49,906 nucleotides of DNA from Chloroflexota bacterium (GTDB lineage Bacteria; Chloroflexota; Dehalococcoidia; Lucifugimonadales; G022566795), in contig JADFIF010000004.1 in NCBI GenBank assembly GCA_022566795.1, positions 1-49,906 on the forward strand, given 5' to 3'. The notes beneath the pieces were generated by a model. The model was not told where the DNA came from and searched no databases. It worked only from the letters and a program-made list of their open reading frames with translations. Within the stretch, counting starts at the first letter, position 1; the number at the start of each line of letters is the position of its first letter. This document shows positions 1-7,784 of the stretch, in pieces. The translations under genes were made by a program, and so were the position numbers.

Positions 1-769
1 CCGAGAAGACGGGATGCGTGACGCAGCAGTATATCTCTTCGGCGCCGTGTTCTTTCAGGGCGTTGGCGGCGGCGATGACGGTGCCGCCCGTGCCGATCTC
101 GTCGTCGATAATCAGCGCGGTCTTGCCGTCGACCTGGCCGATGATGTTCGCGACCTCGACTCTATCCTCATTCCCCACGCGATGCTTCTCGACGATGGCA
201 ATGGGAACGTCCAGAATGCGCGCCGTATCGCCGGCCCGCTTGTTGCCCCCAACGTCGGTGGCGACGACGACGAGGTTGGGGATCTCGCGCTCCTGGTAGA
301 AGCGGGCGAGCATGGGCACGGCCGTCAGCTCGTCCACGGGAATGTTAAAGAAGCCCTGTATCTGCCCGGCGTGCAGGTCCATCGTAAGCACACGGTCCGC
401 CCCGGCCACTGTGATGAAGTCGGCTATGAGCCGAGCCGTAATGGGAACCCGCGGCTGGTCTTTCTTGTCACTGCGGCCGTATGCATAGTAGGGAATCACT
501 GCGGTGATACGGCCGGCCGAGGCTCTTTTGGCCGCGTCGATCATGATAAAGAGCTCCATCAGGTGCTCGTTCACGGGCGCGGATATGGGCTGTACCAGGA
601 AGACGTCCTTCTCCCTGATGTTCTCCCGAAAACTGACGAAGGTGTTGTCGTTGCTGAACTTGAAGACTTCGCAGTCTCCAAGGGTCATGCCGAGGTAAGA
701 GCAGATGCTCCTGGCGAGCCTCAGATGGGCGTTTCCGCTGAAAACCTTGAGGTCTTCGAACAAGGCCAT
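1..769 (-). CDS. prs: ribose-phosphate pyrophosphokinase (PRPP synthetase), truncated by the window edge
   Basis: Absent from the ORF track because it runs off the left edge. The reverse complement from ATG at 769..767 reads MALFEDLKVFSGNAHLRLARSICSYLG...VIPYYAYGRSDKKDQPRVPITARL...DLHAGQIQGFF...ALIIDDEIGTGGT, which are PRPP synthetase signatures. A GGAGG lies about 9 nt upstream. The + ORF 14..973 is its antisense shadow. Confidence 0.9.
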   Translation of the reverse strand, partial: MALFEDLKVFSGNAHLRLARSICSYLGMTLGDCEVFKFSNDNTFVSFRENIREKDVFLVQPISAPVNEHLMELFIMIDAAKRASAGRITAVIPYYAYGRSDKKDQPRVPITARLIADFITVAGADRVLTMDLHAGQIQGFFNIPVDELTAVPMLARFYQEREIPNLVVVATDVGGNKRAGDTARILDVPIAIVEKHRVGNEDRVEVANIIGQVDGKTALIIDDEIGTGGTVIAAANALKEHGAEEIYCCVTHPVFS

Positions 770-1131
770 GGGGGCAAGCCTCCGGTGCTTTCCTTCCCAT
801 TGTACAGGCGCCGCGGGTATTCCGGCCGTGGCCGGGCCGTGGTCGCCCGCATTATAGCACAACCCCATTTTAGCGAAGATCCTCCGCCACCACCTGGCGC
901 TATTGCGGAGTTACAATCAGAAGATGGAGCGTTAGAATCGACGCATGCCGGACGGAAGGAGGTGACGAGGTGAGAATTTTCTCGCGGTTCCTCCGGTGGC
1001 GGAGATATGGCAGGCGAAGTGCCAGGAGCGTTGCTCTCCTGCAGCGGCTCACGCCAGGGGGCCGCGCAGACATGACGGCTTCTACGACGGGAGCATTGGA
1101 GATACGAAGGGAGCCAGAAGGTGTCGAGCTG

Positions 1132-1836
1132 ATGGAAGACATCTCGCAGGCGCGGTGGGTTGAGGAGCGTCTCCGGCCCTGGCACACCCGTGGCGCTGTT
1201 GAAACGCGGGTGGGCTCGATCGTGCCTGAGGGATTTGCAGCCTACGCGCGCGTGTTTCACCCCGCCGAGCTCCGAACTGACCGGGGACATGAGCCGGTCC
1301 GGTGGTCTACGGTGGCTTCATGGACTGGGCGGACCGTCCATCCTCAGATGCAGTTCGAACGCATCGCGAACCTTTCCGAGCCCTACCAGGATCCGCCGTG
1401 GGGCTCGTATCCGCGATATGGGTGCCTCCCACCTGAAGAGTGCCGCACGATCGCCGAAGTGCTCGGGGAATTCACCTCGACACCCGACCGCTGTTATTTC
1501 TGTGTTTGGGAAGGCTGGGGGTTCCTTGATCCCGGCCTCTACAAGAATGCGTCTCGCCTGAGAGTTCCGGGCCGAGGCTACCTGCTATTTCGCGGCCCTC
1601 TGGATGCTATCATGTCGTTTTTGGATCAGATCCCCCGTGGCTGGTCGCAGTCGCCGAGTATCTGGTGGCCTGACGATCGAGCCTGGTGTGTTGCAACGGA
1701 GATAGACTTTTCCGACACGTATGTTGGCGGGAGCGACGCGTGTATCGAGCGAATCCTGAGCTGCCGAGACCTAGAGGCGCTCCTTATAACGACCGAGGCG
1801 CGTGTCGACTCCGGGGGGGACACGATCAATATCTGA
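1132..1836 (+). CDS. conserved hypothetical protein (no domain recognised)
   Basis: Part of ORF 970..1836 with coding-like third-position GC. Candidate starts are ATG 1132 (MEDISQARWVEERLRPW...) and ATG 1072. The C-terminal block WWPDDRAWCVATEIDFSDTYVGGS looks like an uncharacterised family, from memory only. Confidence 0.5.
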   Translation: MEDISQARWVEERLRPWHTRGAVETRVGSIVPEGFAAYARVFHPAELRTDRGHEPVRWSTVASWTGRTVHPQMQFERIANLSEPYQDPPWGSYPRYGCLPPEECRTIAEVLGEFTSTPDRCYFCVWEGWGFLDPGLYKNASRLRVPGRGYLLFRGPLDAIMSFLDQIPRGWSQSPSIWWPDDRAWCVATEIDFSDTYVGGSDACIERILSCRDLEALLITTEARVDSGGDTINI

Positions 1837-1899
1837 GAAATGCACCTTTAGACGCTTGTGCGTAGACGCGTGTGCGGGCGGCCGCTCCGCTACAGGTCT

Positions 1900-1927
1900 T
1901 TGCTTGGCCGGCGGAGGACATTATAAT
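1900..1927 (+). promoter_or_regulatory. candidate sigma70-type promoter (TTGCTT-16 nt-TATAAT) upstream of the Memo-like gene
   Basis: TTGCTT lies at 1900..1905 and TATAAT at 1922..1927, in an AT-richer patch 45 nt upstream of the TTG start at 1973. Confidence 0.3.
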
Positions 1928-1972
1928 AACGCTGGTTAATTCAGACGCCGTAGTGGCAGTCTCGGGCACGAC

Positions 1973-3229
1973 TTGGAGAAACCGCCCTTTTCCGACCTTC
2001 CTGACAGGCCAAAGCTCCGCCCTGCGATCTCAGAGAACGTCGAGCACCAAGGTCAGAGCTACCTGCGCCTCCGCGACCCAACGGGCCTGGTCGAGGAGGC
2101 GGTACTCGTCCCTCAAGCCCTCGTCACTCTGCTGGCGCTGTGCGACGGCAGCCGTGACGTCTCCGCCCTGCAGATCGGCATGATGCTGAGGACCGGCGTC
2201 CAGCTCACGCCGTCCATCATCCGCGGTGTGCTCTCTCGGCTAGATGAGGCGATGTTGCTGGAAAACGGCGCCTTCGCGGCAGCCCACGAAAGGGCGCTGC
2301 GAGCATATCGGGATTCGCCCCATCGACCGCCGTCTCACGCCGGGTTGGTCTATCCCGCGGACCCCGAAGACCTCTCCAGGACCCTCCAGAGTTACTGCGA
2401 CGACGCGGAGGAAGAGCTGGGCCCGGAGCGCCCAAAAGGAAGCCTAGCCGGCATGCTTTGCCCCCACATAGACTACGAGCGAGGCCATGAGACCTACGCT
2501 CGGCTCTGGCGCCGCGCCGCGCCGATGCTGGATGACATCGAGCTCGTCATCATATTCGGCACCGACCACTCGGGCGGGCCCGGCCAGATCACACCGACGC
2601 GCCAGAGCTACAAGACGCCCCTGGGGGTTCTCCCCACCGACGTTGGAATTGTCGACCGCCTCGCGGAGGCGCTGGGAACAGATGAGGCTTTCGCCGAGGA
2701 GCTCCATCACGCCAAGGAGCACTCGATCGAGCTGGCTGCTGTATGGCTCCACTACTTTATCGGGGGACGCTGCTGCCCGGTAGTGCCCATCCTGTGTGGC
2801 TCATTTGCGGAATTCGTGACCGAATCGAGCCGACTGGCGGATGCGGGGCCGATCCACCGCACACTCGAGGTGCTGGCCGACGCGACGTCCGGCCGGAAAA
2901 CGTTGGTGATTGCCGCTGGCGATCTGGCCCACGTTGGCCCCGCATTCGGGAACCCAAGGCCTGCAGATGCCGTCGAACGGGCGAGAGTGGAGGCCGGTGA
3001 CCGCCAATCGTTGGAGGCCATCTGCGCGGGTGACAGCGAGCGATTCTTTGAGGTCTCTCGCGCCGAGGCCGATGCCCGGAAGCTCTGCGGCATGCCCCCG
3101 ATCTACATGATGCTAAGGCACCTGGCCGGGTCGTGTGGCGAGGCGCTGGGCTACGATCAGTGCCTGGCCGATGCGCGAGGAGGGTCTTTCGTCTCTATCG
3201 CGGGCGCCCTGATATACGACGGGGCCTAG
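1973..3229 (+). CDS. MEMO1 / AmmeMemoRadiSam system protein B family protein with an extra ~110-aa N-terminal domain
   Basis: 418-aa ORF with a TTG start. The core RPPSHAGLVYPADPEDL...CPHIDYERG...FGTDHSG...EHSIE...AAGDLAHVGP matches Memo-like dioxygenase-fold motifs. The N-terminal segment VPQALVTLLALCDGSRDVSALQIGMMLR...IIRGVLSRLDEAMLL is additional. Confidence 0.8.
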   Translation: MEKPPFSDLPDRPKLRPAISENVEHQGQSYLRLRDPTGLVEEAVLVPQALVTLLALCDGSRDVSALQIGMMLRTGVQLTPSIIRGVLSRLDEAMLLENGAFAAAHERALRAYRDSPHRPPSHAGLVYPADPEDLSRTLQSYCDDAEEELGPERPKGSLAGMLCPHIDYERGHETYARLWRRAAPMLDDIELVIIFGTDHSGGPGQITPTRQSYKTPLGVLPTDVGIVDRLAEALGTDEAFAEELHHAKEHSIELAAVWLHYFIGGRCCPVVPILCGSFAEFVTESSRLADAGPIHRTLEVLADATSGRKTLVIAAGDLAHVGPAFGNPRPADAVERARVEAGDRQSLEAICAGDSERFFEVSRAEADARKLCGMPPIYMMLRHLAGSCGEALGYDQCLADARGGSFVSIAGALIYDGA

Positions 3230-3366
3230 CACGGCGCAGCGTCCATGCCGGCGCCCTCTTCGACACGGTCAGAGTCTGCATCTGAGGGAACGCCGGAAGG
3301 GTAAATCCCCTGCGGACACCCCGTTTCAGCCCGGCAATCCGGCTCGCGTCACCAGTGTTTCCGGCA

Positions 3367-4374
3367 CTACGCGCCCGCAATCAGAACGTCGAAGAGTGTC
3401 TGCACGTCCGCCATGTCCAAGAGGCCATTGCCGTTGAAGTCGAAGGCGGCGATATCGCTCTGCACCGCCGGCGAGCTCATGTGTTCGAACAGGGCCACGA
3501 TGTCGGCGAAGTCGAGCCTCGAGTTGCCGTTCAGGTCCTCGGCGGTGCCGTCACCGTCGAGGTCCTGAGCCGGCGCATTCATGCCGGGCAGCGTCGGATA
3601 GACGGCGAGGACCTCGACCTGCGTGGTGGCGACGCCAACGGCCCCCAGGCTGTCCGTAACGCTGACGCTCACCACGAAGACGCCCAACGCCGAGTAGGTG
3701 TGACCAAGGGCGAAAGTGGTGCCAGTGAGAGTCAGCGGCTGCACGCCCGAGCCGTCTCCGTAGTCGACCGTAGCTGTCCATGTGTCGTCCGCCGTATCCA
3801 CGAAAGACCCGGAGCCGCCGTAGACCTCGCCTTCGTTGATGGTCGAGGCGGCCCCGGCGTCCACCGATGGGACGACGTTTAGAATCGTCACCGAGCCGGC
3901 CACGACCTGGTGACTGATCGGGAACCCACCCTCATCATCCAGGCGGGCGACGGAGATCGTAACCGCGGTCTGACCAGGCTTCAGGCCGTCCACTGTCAGC
4001 GTGGCCAGCAGGGCCTGCCCGACGCCTACCTCGATCAGGCGCATCAGGTCTGCGGCTCGTAGCCGCACGCTTGAAGCCGACAGCGCCTGTTGCGACACGA
4101 GACCGAACCCGGGGAGGGTCGTGCTCGCGATGGTCGCAACCGTTGGATCGGCCAGCGAAACGGTGAGGTCGTAACCTGACAGCCCCGTCGCCGCGTCGCT
4201 CAGCGTGATGGCCAGGGAAACAGACTGCCCAACGTTTGCTTGCGCCGACTGCACCGTGAGCGACGGTACAAGGGCCGCAGCGGCGGGCGCCGGCGCAGTC
4301 CGACCCAGCACCATGGTTAGGATAAGTATAAGAATGGCTATCGAACGGGCGCTCGTGCTTCTTAACGATCTCAT
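3367..4374 (-). CDS. secreted cohesin-like + PKD + dockerin (type I-like) domain protein
   Basis: Signal peptide MRSLRSTSARSIAILILILTMVLG...APAAAA. A cohesin-like block follows (GQSVSLAITLSDAATGLSGYDLTVSLADPTVATI...VARLDDEGGFPI), then a PKD motif (TATVDYGDGSG...GHTYSALGVFVVSVSVTD). The C-terminus has two Ca-binding dockerin repeats (DLNGNSRLDFADIVALF and DFNGNGLLDMADVQTLF). Confidence 0.75.
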   Translation of the reverse strand: MRSLRSTSARSIAILILILTMVLGRTAPAPAAAALVPSLTVQSAQANVGQSVSLAITLSDAATGLSGYDLTVSLADPTVATIASTTLPGFGLVSQQALSASSVRLRAADLMRLIEVGVGQALLATLTVDGLKPGQTAVTISVARLDDEGGFPISHQVVAGSVTILNVVPSVDAGAASTINEGEVYGGSGSFVDTADDTWTATVDYGDGSGVQPLTLTGTTFALGHTYSALGVFVVSVSVTDSLGAVGVATTQVEVLAVYPTLPGMNAPAQDLDGDGTAEDLNGNSRLDFADIVALFEHMSSPAVQSDIAAFDFNGNGLLDMADVQTLFDVLIAGA

Positions 4375-4696
4375 CTACCCCACCCCATCTTCAACCTGAC
4401 CGCCGATCTCTGGTCCAGTCTAGGGGGGCGTCGGCCGCAGGGCATGAGCCACAAGTATCAAAACGGCGTGAGGAATTCGTCCCACGCATCGAGAGGCCTT
4501 TTGTCCTTTAGGACCTATCTCAAAGAGGCGCTCCCCAATTTTCATCACGTGCGTGGCGGGATCCGGGTCCTGGGGCTGTTAGGCCTCGGGCTCCCAGCGA
4601 TTTGAGGGCATCTTCCATGACCAAAGTACCCCCCTTGTTCAGTACCTTTCTCCCTGGGGCCGACCGCACCCCCTGTATTAAGGTGAGGGGAACGAT

Positions 4697-4896
4697 CTAG
4701 TGCTTCGTTGCATAGGTCTTAATACAGCCCACCGCCTACCCTCGAAAAGGCTCCGAGGGGCCAAGCCCCTCGGGCTCCCCGGGTTCCAAGTCCCAACAAG
4801 TCGGGACTGGCGGGGGTCTGGGGGTGTCCCCCAAACCCTAATCCTCACGGGCGGGCGGGTCGGGAAAAAATACGTATCGCTTTCTTGCTCACTAAG
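4697..4896 (+). repeat. intergenic repeat family C, copy 1 (MITE-like, ~200 nt)
   Basis: Aligns by eye to the reverse complements of 29407..29545 and 34483..34635. The shared core is GTGTCCCCCA(A/G)ACC.TAA.CCT.ACG.GCG.G.GGGT.G......CGTATCGCTTTCTTGC..AC.AAG. The termini are CTAGTG / CTTAGTG. Copy 1 carries an extra internal hairpin, CCGAGGGGCCAAGCCCCTCGG. Confidence 0.8.
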
Positions 4897-4980
4897 TACT
4901 AGGTCGGTATCAAGGGCCTGGACGTCACATGGCGTGCAATGAGATGGGGCTCTGGGTCACAGATGGTGAAAGGAGAGTCT

Positions 4981-5628
4981 ATGGCGGGGAACAATGTGAG
5001 GCACCTGTGGGGAGCCGAGTTCTCGGTGGTGCCGGAGGGGCTCTCCGAGGGCCAAGTCGTGTCGTTCGTCAACGACCTGATAGCCCGCTCGCAGGGCAAT
5101 GGAGCTGATGTGGAGAGGCATTCTTCACTGGTGCAGCTGGCGGAGAAGACTATTCTCGAGGCGCATAAACTCGCCGAAAGTATCAAGGAAAAGGCGACGC
5201 GCGACGCGGAGGCCGACGCGGAGAGGATCACCAAGCTGGCGCATGAAAAGGCCCGGGAGCAGGGAGCGAGAGTCCTGGAATCTGCTCAACATGAGGCCGA
5301 AACCAACGCGAACGCCGTGGCCGTTCAAGCCGAGAATCAGGCTCAGCAGATCACGAGGAAGGCCCATCGAGAGGCGCAAGATATCCTCCAGGCGGCCAAA
5401 CAGCAGGCCGCCGACATCGCTTCAGAGGCCAGGCTCGAAGCGGAGTACACAGTCCGAAAGCTTACCTCCAGAGTCAGCGACGAGCTGAGGGCGGCCGTCT
5501 CGACGATCTCGAGCTCGATTCTGCCTGACCTCGACGCCGCGCCCTCTGATCCACAGCCGGATGTGTCGCCTCGCAAGACGAGCCGCTCGGGGGCTTCGGG
5601 TGGCGGGACCAGGCGCAAGTCTAGCTAA
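4981..5628 (+). CDS. DivIVA-domain-like coiled-coil protein (paralog 1)
   Basis: ATG 4981 is preceded by GAAAGGAGAG. The N-terminus LWGAEFSVVPEGLSEGQVVSFVNDLI resembles the DivIVA N-terminal motif (F....RGY...EVD.FL..V). A long A/E/Q/K-rich coiled coil follows. Confidence 0.6.
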   Translation: MAGNNVRHLWGAEFSVVPEGLSEGQVVSFVNDLIARSQGNGADVERHSSLVQLAEKTILEAHKLAESIKEKATRDAEADAERITKLAHEKAREQGARVLESAQHEAETNANAVAVQAENQAQQITRKAHREAQDILQAAKQQAADIASEARLEAEYTVRKLTSRVSDELRAAVSTISSSILPDLDAAPSDPQPDVSPRKTSRSGASGGGTRRKSS

Positions 5629-5794
5629 GCCCACATGAGCCCAGCGGGTCGATGAAACCGAAGAGCGCCGAGGGGCGACGCCTTTCGCCGGGCTATGGGG
5701 TGAGCTTCGACTCTTTAAGCTCTGGCGACTCGTCTCGCCTGCCGCGCGAGAAGGCTGAGCGAGGGACCGGTCGAAGAACCTCGGCTCGACCGAC

Positions 5795-6388
5795 GTGACG
5801 CCGATGGAACCGGACACCACAAAGAAGCTCTGGGGACAGGATTTCCGAATCGTTCCTGACGGGCTCGATGTCACCGATGTGGCACTGTTCGTCGAGGCCC
5901 TGATGAGCCGCTACCAGTCGAGCATCGACAAGGCGAGCCACATTGAGCCGCTGCACGAGCTGGCTCGAAAAGCGGTCGAGGAGGCGGAGCACATTGCCGG
6001 AGAGATCAAGCGTCGCTCGGAGGAGGAGGCCAAAAGCCTGGCGACCGAGATCAGGTCCAACGCCGAGCATTCGGCGGATGAGATAGTCGAGCGGGCCTTT
6101 GCCGCCGGCGCCGCCATCGAGGAAGAGGCGCAACGTAAGGCCCGTGAGAAGGTCGACGAGCTCCAGATGACCTTCTCTACAATGAAACGGTGGGCAAACG
6201 ACGAGTTCGCCGCGCTCAAAGATGTCGAGGAGCGTATGGGGGTTTTCCTCTCCGCGTACGAGAGCTTCTTGAGCTTGCTCGGCAAAGGGGTCGCCCGACC
6301 GCCTGAAGGCGCAGAGCAATCTGACTTCAGCGATACCATCCCACAGGAGTGGCAACCGAATAGTCGAGGAGCAGATGATGCGAGATAA
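5795..6388 (+). CDS. DivIVA-domain-like coiled-coil protein (paralog 2)
   Basis: The N-terminus KLWGQDFRIVPDGLDVTDVALFVEALM parallels the upstream paralog and is followed by a coiled coil. The start is GTG 5795 or ATG 5804. Confidence 0.55.
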   Translation: MTPMEPDTTKKLWGQDFRIVPDGLDVTDVALFVEALMSRYQSSIDKASHIEPLHELARKAVEEAEHIAGEIKRRSEEEAKSLATEIRSNAEHSADEIVERAFAAGAAIEEEAQRKAREKVDELQMTFSTMKRWANDEFAALKDVEERMGVFLSAYESFLSLLGKGVARPPEGAEQSDFSDTIPQEWQPNSRGADDAR

Positions 6389-6572
6389 CGACTCTCACGA
6401 GACCGTCGCCCAGGTCGAGCCGCAGGGCAAGGCCGATTCTTGTCAGCACTACTGGCTGATCGAGCCGCCTACGGGGCCAACCAGCGACGGCGTTTGCCGC
6501 CTCTGCGGCGAGAAGCGTGCATTCGAGAACTCCCAGTCCGTCGTCGCACGCCCGTGGGGCAGCTCGACATAG
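6375..6572 (+). CDS. small zinc-ribbon-like protein (C-x-H ... C-x-x-C)
   Basis: A GAGGAG SD sits 6 nt upstream of ATG 6375. The ORF overlaps the end of the preceding gene by 14 nt, consistent with translational coupling. The motif is CQHYWLIEPPTGPTSDGVCRLCGEKRAFENS. Confidence 0.55.
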   Translation: MMRDNDSHETVAQVEPQGKADSCQHYWLIEPPTGPTSDGVCRLCGEKRAFENSQSVVARPWGSST

Positions 6573-6678
6573 GAGTCCCTGGTTGGAAGGCCTGCAGCCG
6601 ACTTGGAGCATAAATGTGCGTCTGAGGTTTGCTACGAACGCAGGCGGCTCAGATTTAACGGACGTGAGGACCACGACA

Positions 6679-7083
6679 ATGGCTGATTTCACTAGGTATG
6701 ACCTGACCATTGGAGACCAGACAATTCCGAAGCTGTACAAGCGCCGTTTAATACTTCAGGTGGTTCATGAAGCCATAAAGAGAGATTATTCACCTGAATC
6801 CATCGAAGATGCGACCGGATTGAAGTATCTGTGGGTTTCGTTTGATAGAGAATTAGGCAGAATCCAGTTTATCGAGGCCGCCAGCAAAGGAATGGAAACG
6901 CAAGGGAAGAAGTTCGATGGCGCTCGATACTTCACAGCAGAGCAAGAGCTGATCGTTTTCCACGGAAGAACTTATGCGCTCACGACTCAATGGGGTCTCG
7001 GCAACGTTTTTGATGCCGTCAAGAAAGTGGTTGAACTCATAGGAGCCTCAGCAGACATCAGGTATGCTCCTTCCTCTGCTTAG
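6679..7083 (+). CDS. hypothetical protein (lower-GC islet)
   Basis: In-frame ATG 6679 (MADFTRYDLTIGDQTIPKLYKRR...) is preceded by GTGAGGA. Composition is visibly AT-richer than the neighbouring genes. The upstream part of track ORF 6517..7083 looks non-coding. Confidence 0.5.
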   Translation: MADFTRYDLTIGDQTIPKLYKRRLILQVVHEAIKRDYSPESIEDATGLKYLWVSFDRELGRIQFIEAASKGMETQGKKFDGARYFTAEQELIVFHGRTYALTTQWGLGNVFDAVKKVVELIGASADIRYAPSSA

Positions 7084-7200
7084 CCAGCGGTTAGCAATTC
7101 TCTCCAGTAAAAACGTATGCCAGGCTACTAAACCTCCAAAAACCCTCCTCCTACAAAAGCAGGAGGCCCCTGAGATGAGCACAGAAAAGGCGCTGCAGCG

Positions 7201-7407
7201 ATGAAGCTGACTACGACACTGTTGTTGCTGATAGTGCTAGCAATGCTGCTCATACAGCAGATGCAGCGCGAATCAGAGCCTCAGCTGACAGCAGAGATGA
7301 TCAATACTGTGATACGTGAGAACCCTGAGCAGATACAGCAGATGTGGGAAGCTGCACTGCGCGAAGGAGCTGCACTGATGCGGCAGTACATGGAGGAAGC
7401 ACGATGA
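7201..7407 (+). CDS. small single-pass membrane protein, hypothetical
   Basis: 68 aa with an N-terminal hydrophobic helix (LTTTLLLLIVLAMLLI). There is no SD of its own. The ATG overlaps the stop of a 9-codon upstream ORF (7175..7204), which does have an AGGAGG. Confidence 0.4.
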   Translation: MKLTTTLLLLIVLAMLLIQQMQRESEPQLTAEMINTVIRENPEQIQQMWEAALREGAALMRQYMEEAR

Positions 7408-7784
7408 ACAACCCAGCCAACTACAACGACGGCCTATAGAGAACGCCTCGTCGCTTCAACATGTAGTCATAAAGCCTCTAGCCCAACACGACCAACATCG
7501 GCGAATAGTCTTTCCCAGGTTGGAAGACGCAATGTACCATTTCAAGGGCCTTTACGAGATTGATGTTGAGGCGTCGCGGCGCGAGAGGAAAATCACGTAC
7601 AACCGCATTGCGACTAGAGTTCAAACGTATCAGGCTCTTTGAGAGAGCCCTTTGGACCTTTGCGATCGCTGGGACGACTGTGACCTGCAGATCGGGTGGG
7701 TAAGCTGAGAACTATCGCAGTTAGCCACGGCTCAGCGGTGGGCATCCTGTGGCAGACCTAAGTAACAGAACTTAGGAGAAAGAC

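Noticed and set aside
14-973. 319-aa + strand ORF at the left edge
   Set aside because: It is the antisense shadow of prs. The minus strand gives an unmistakable PRPP synthetase, whereas this frame is G/D/V/R-rich low-complexity typical of high-GC antisense ORFs.
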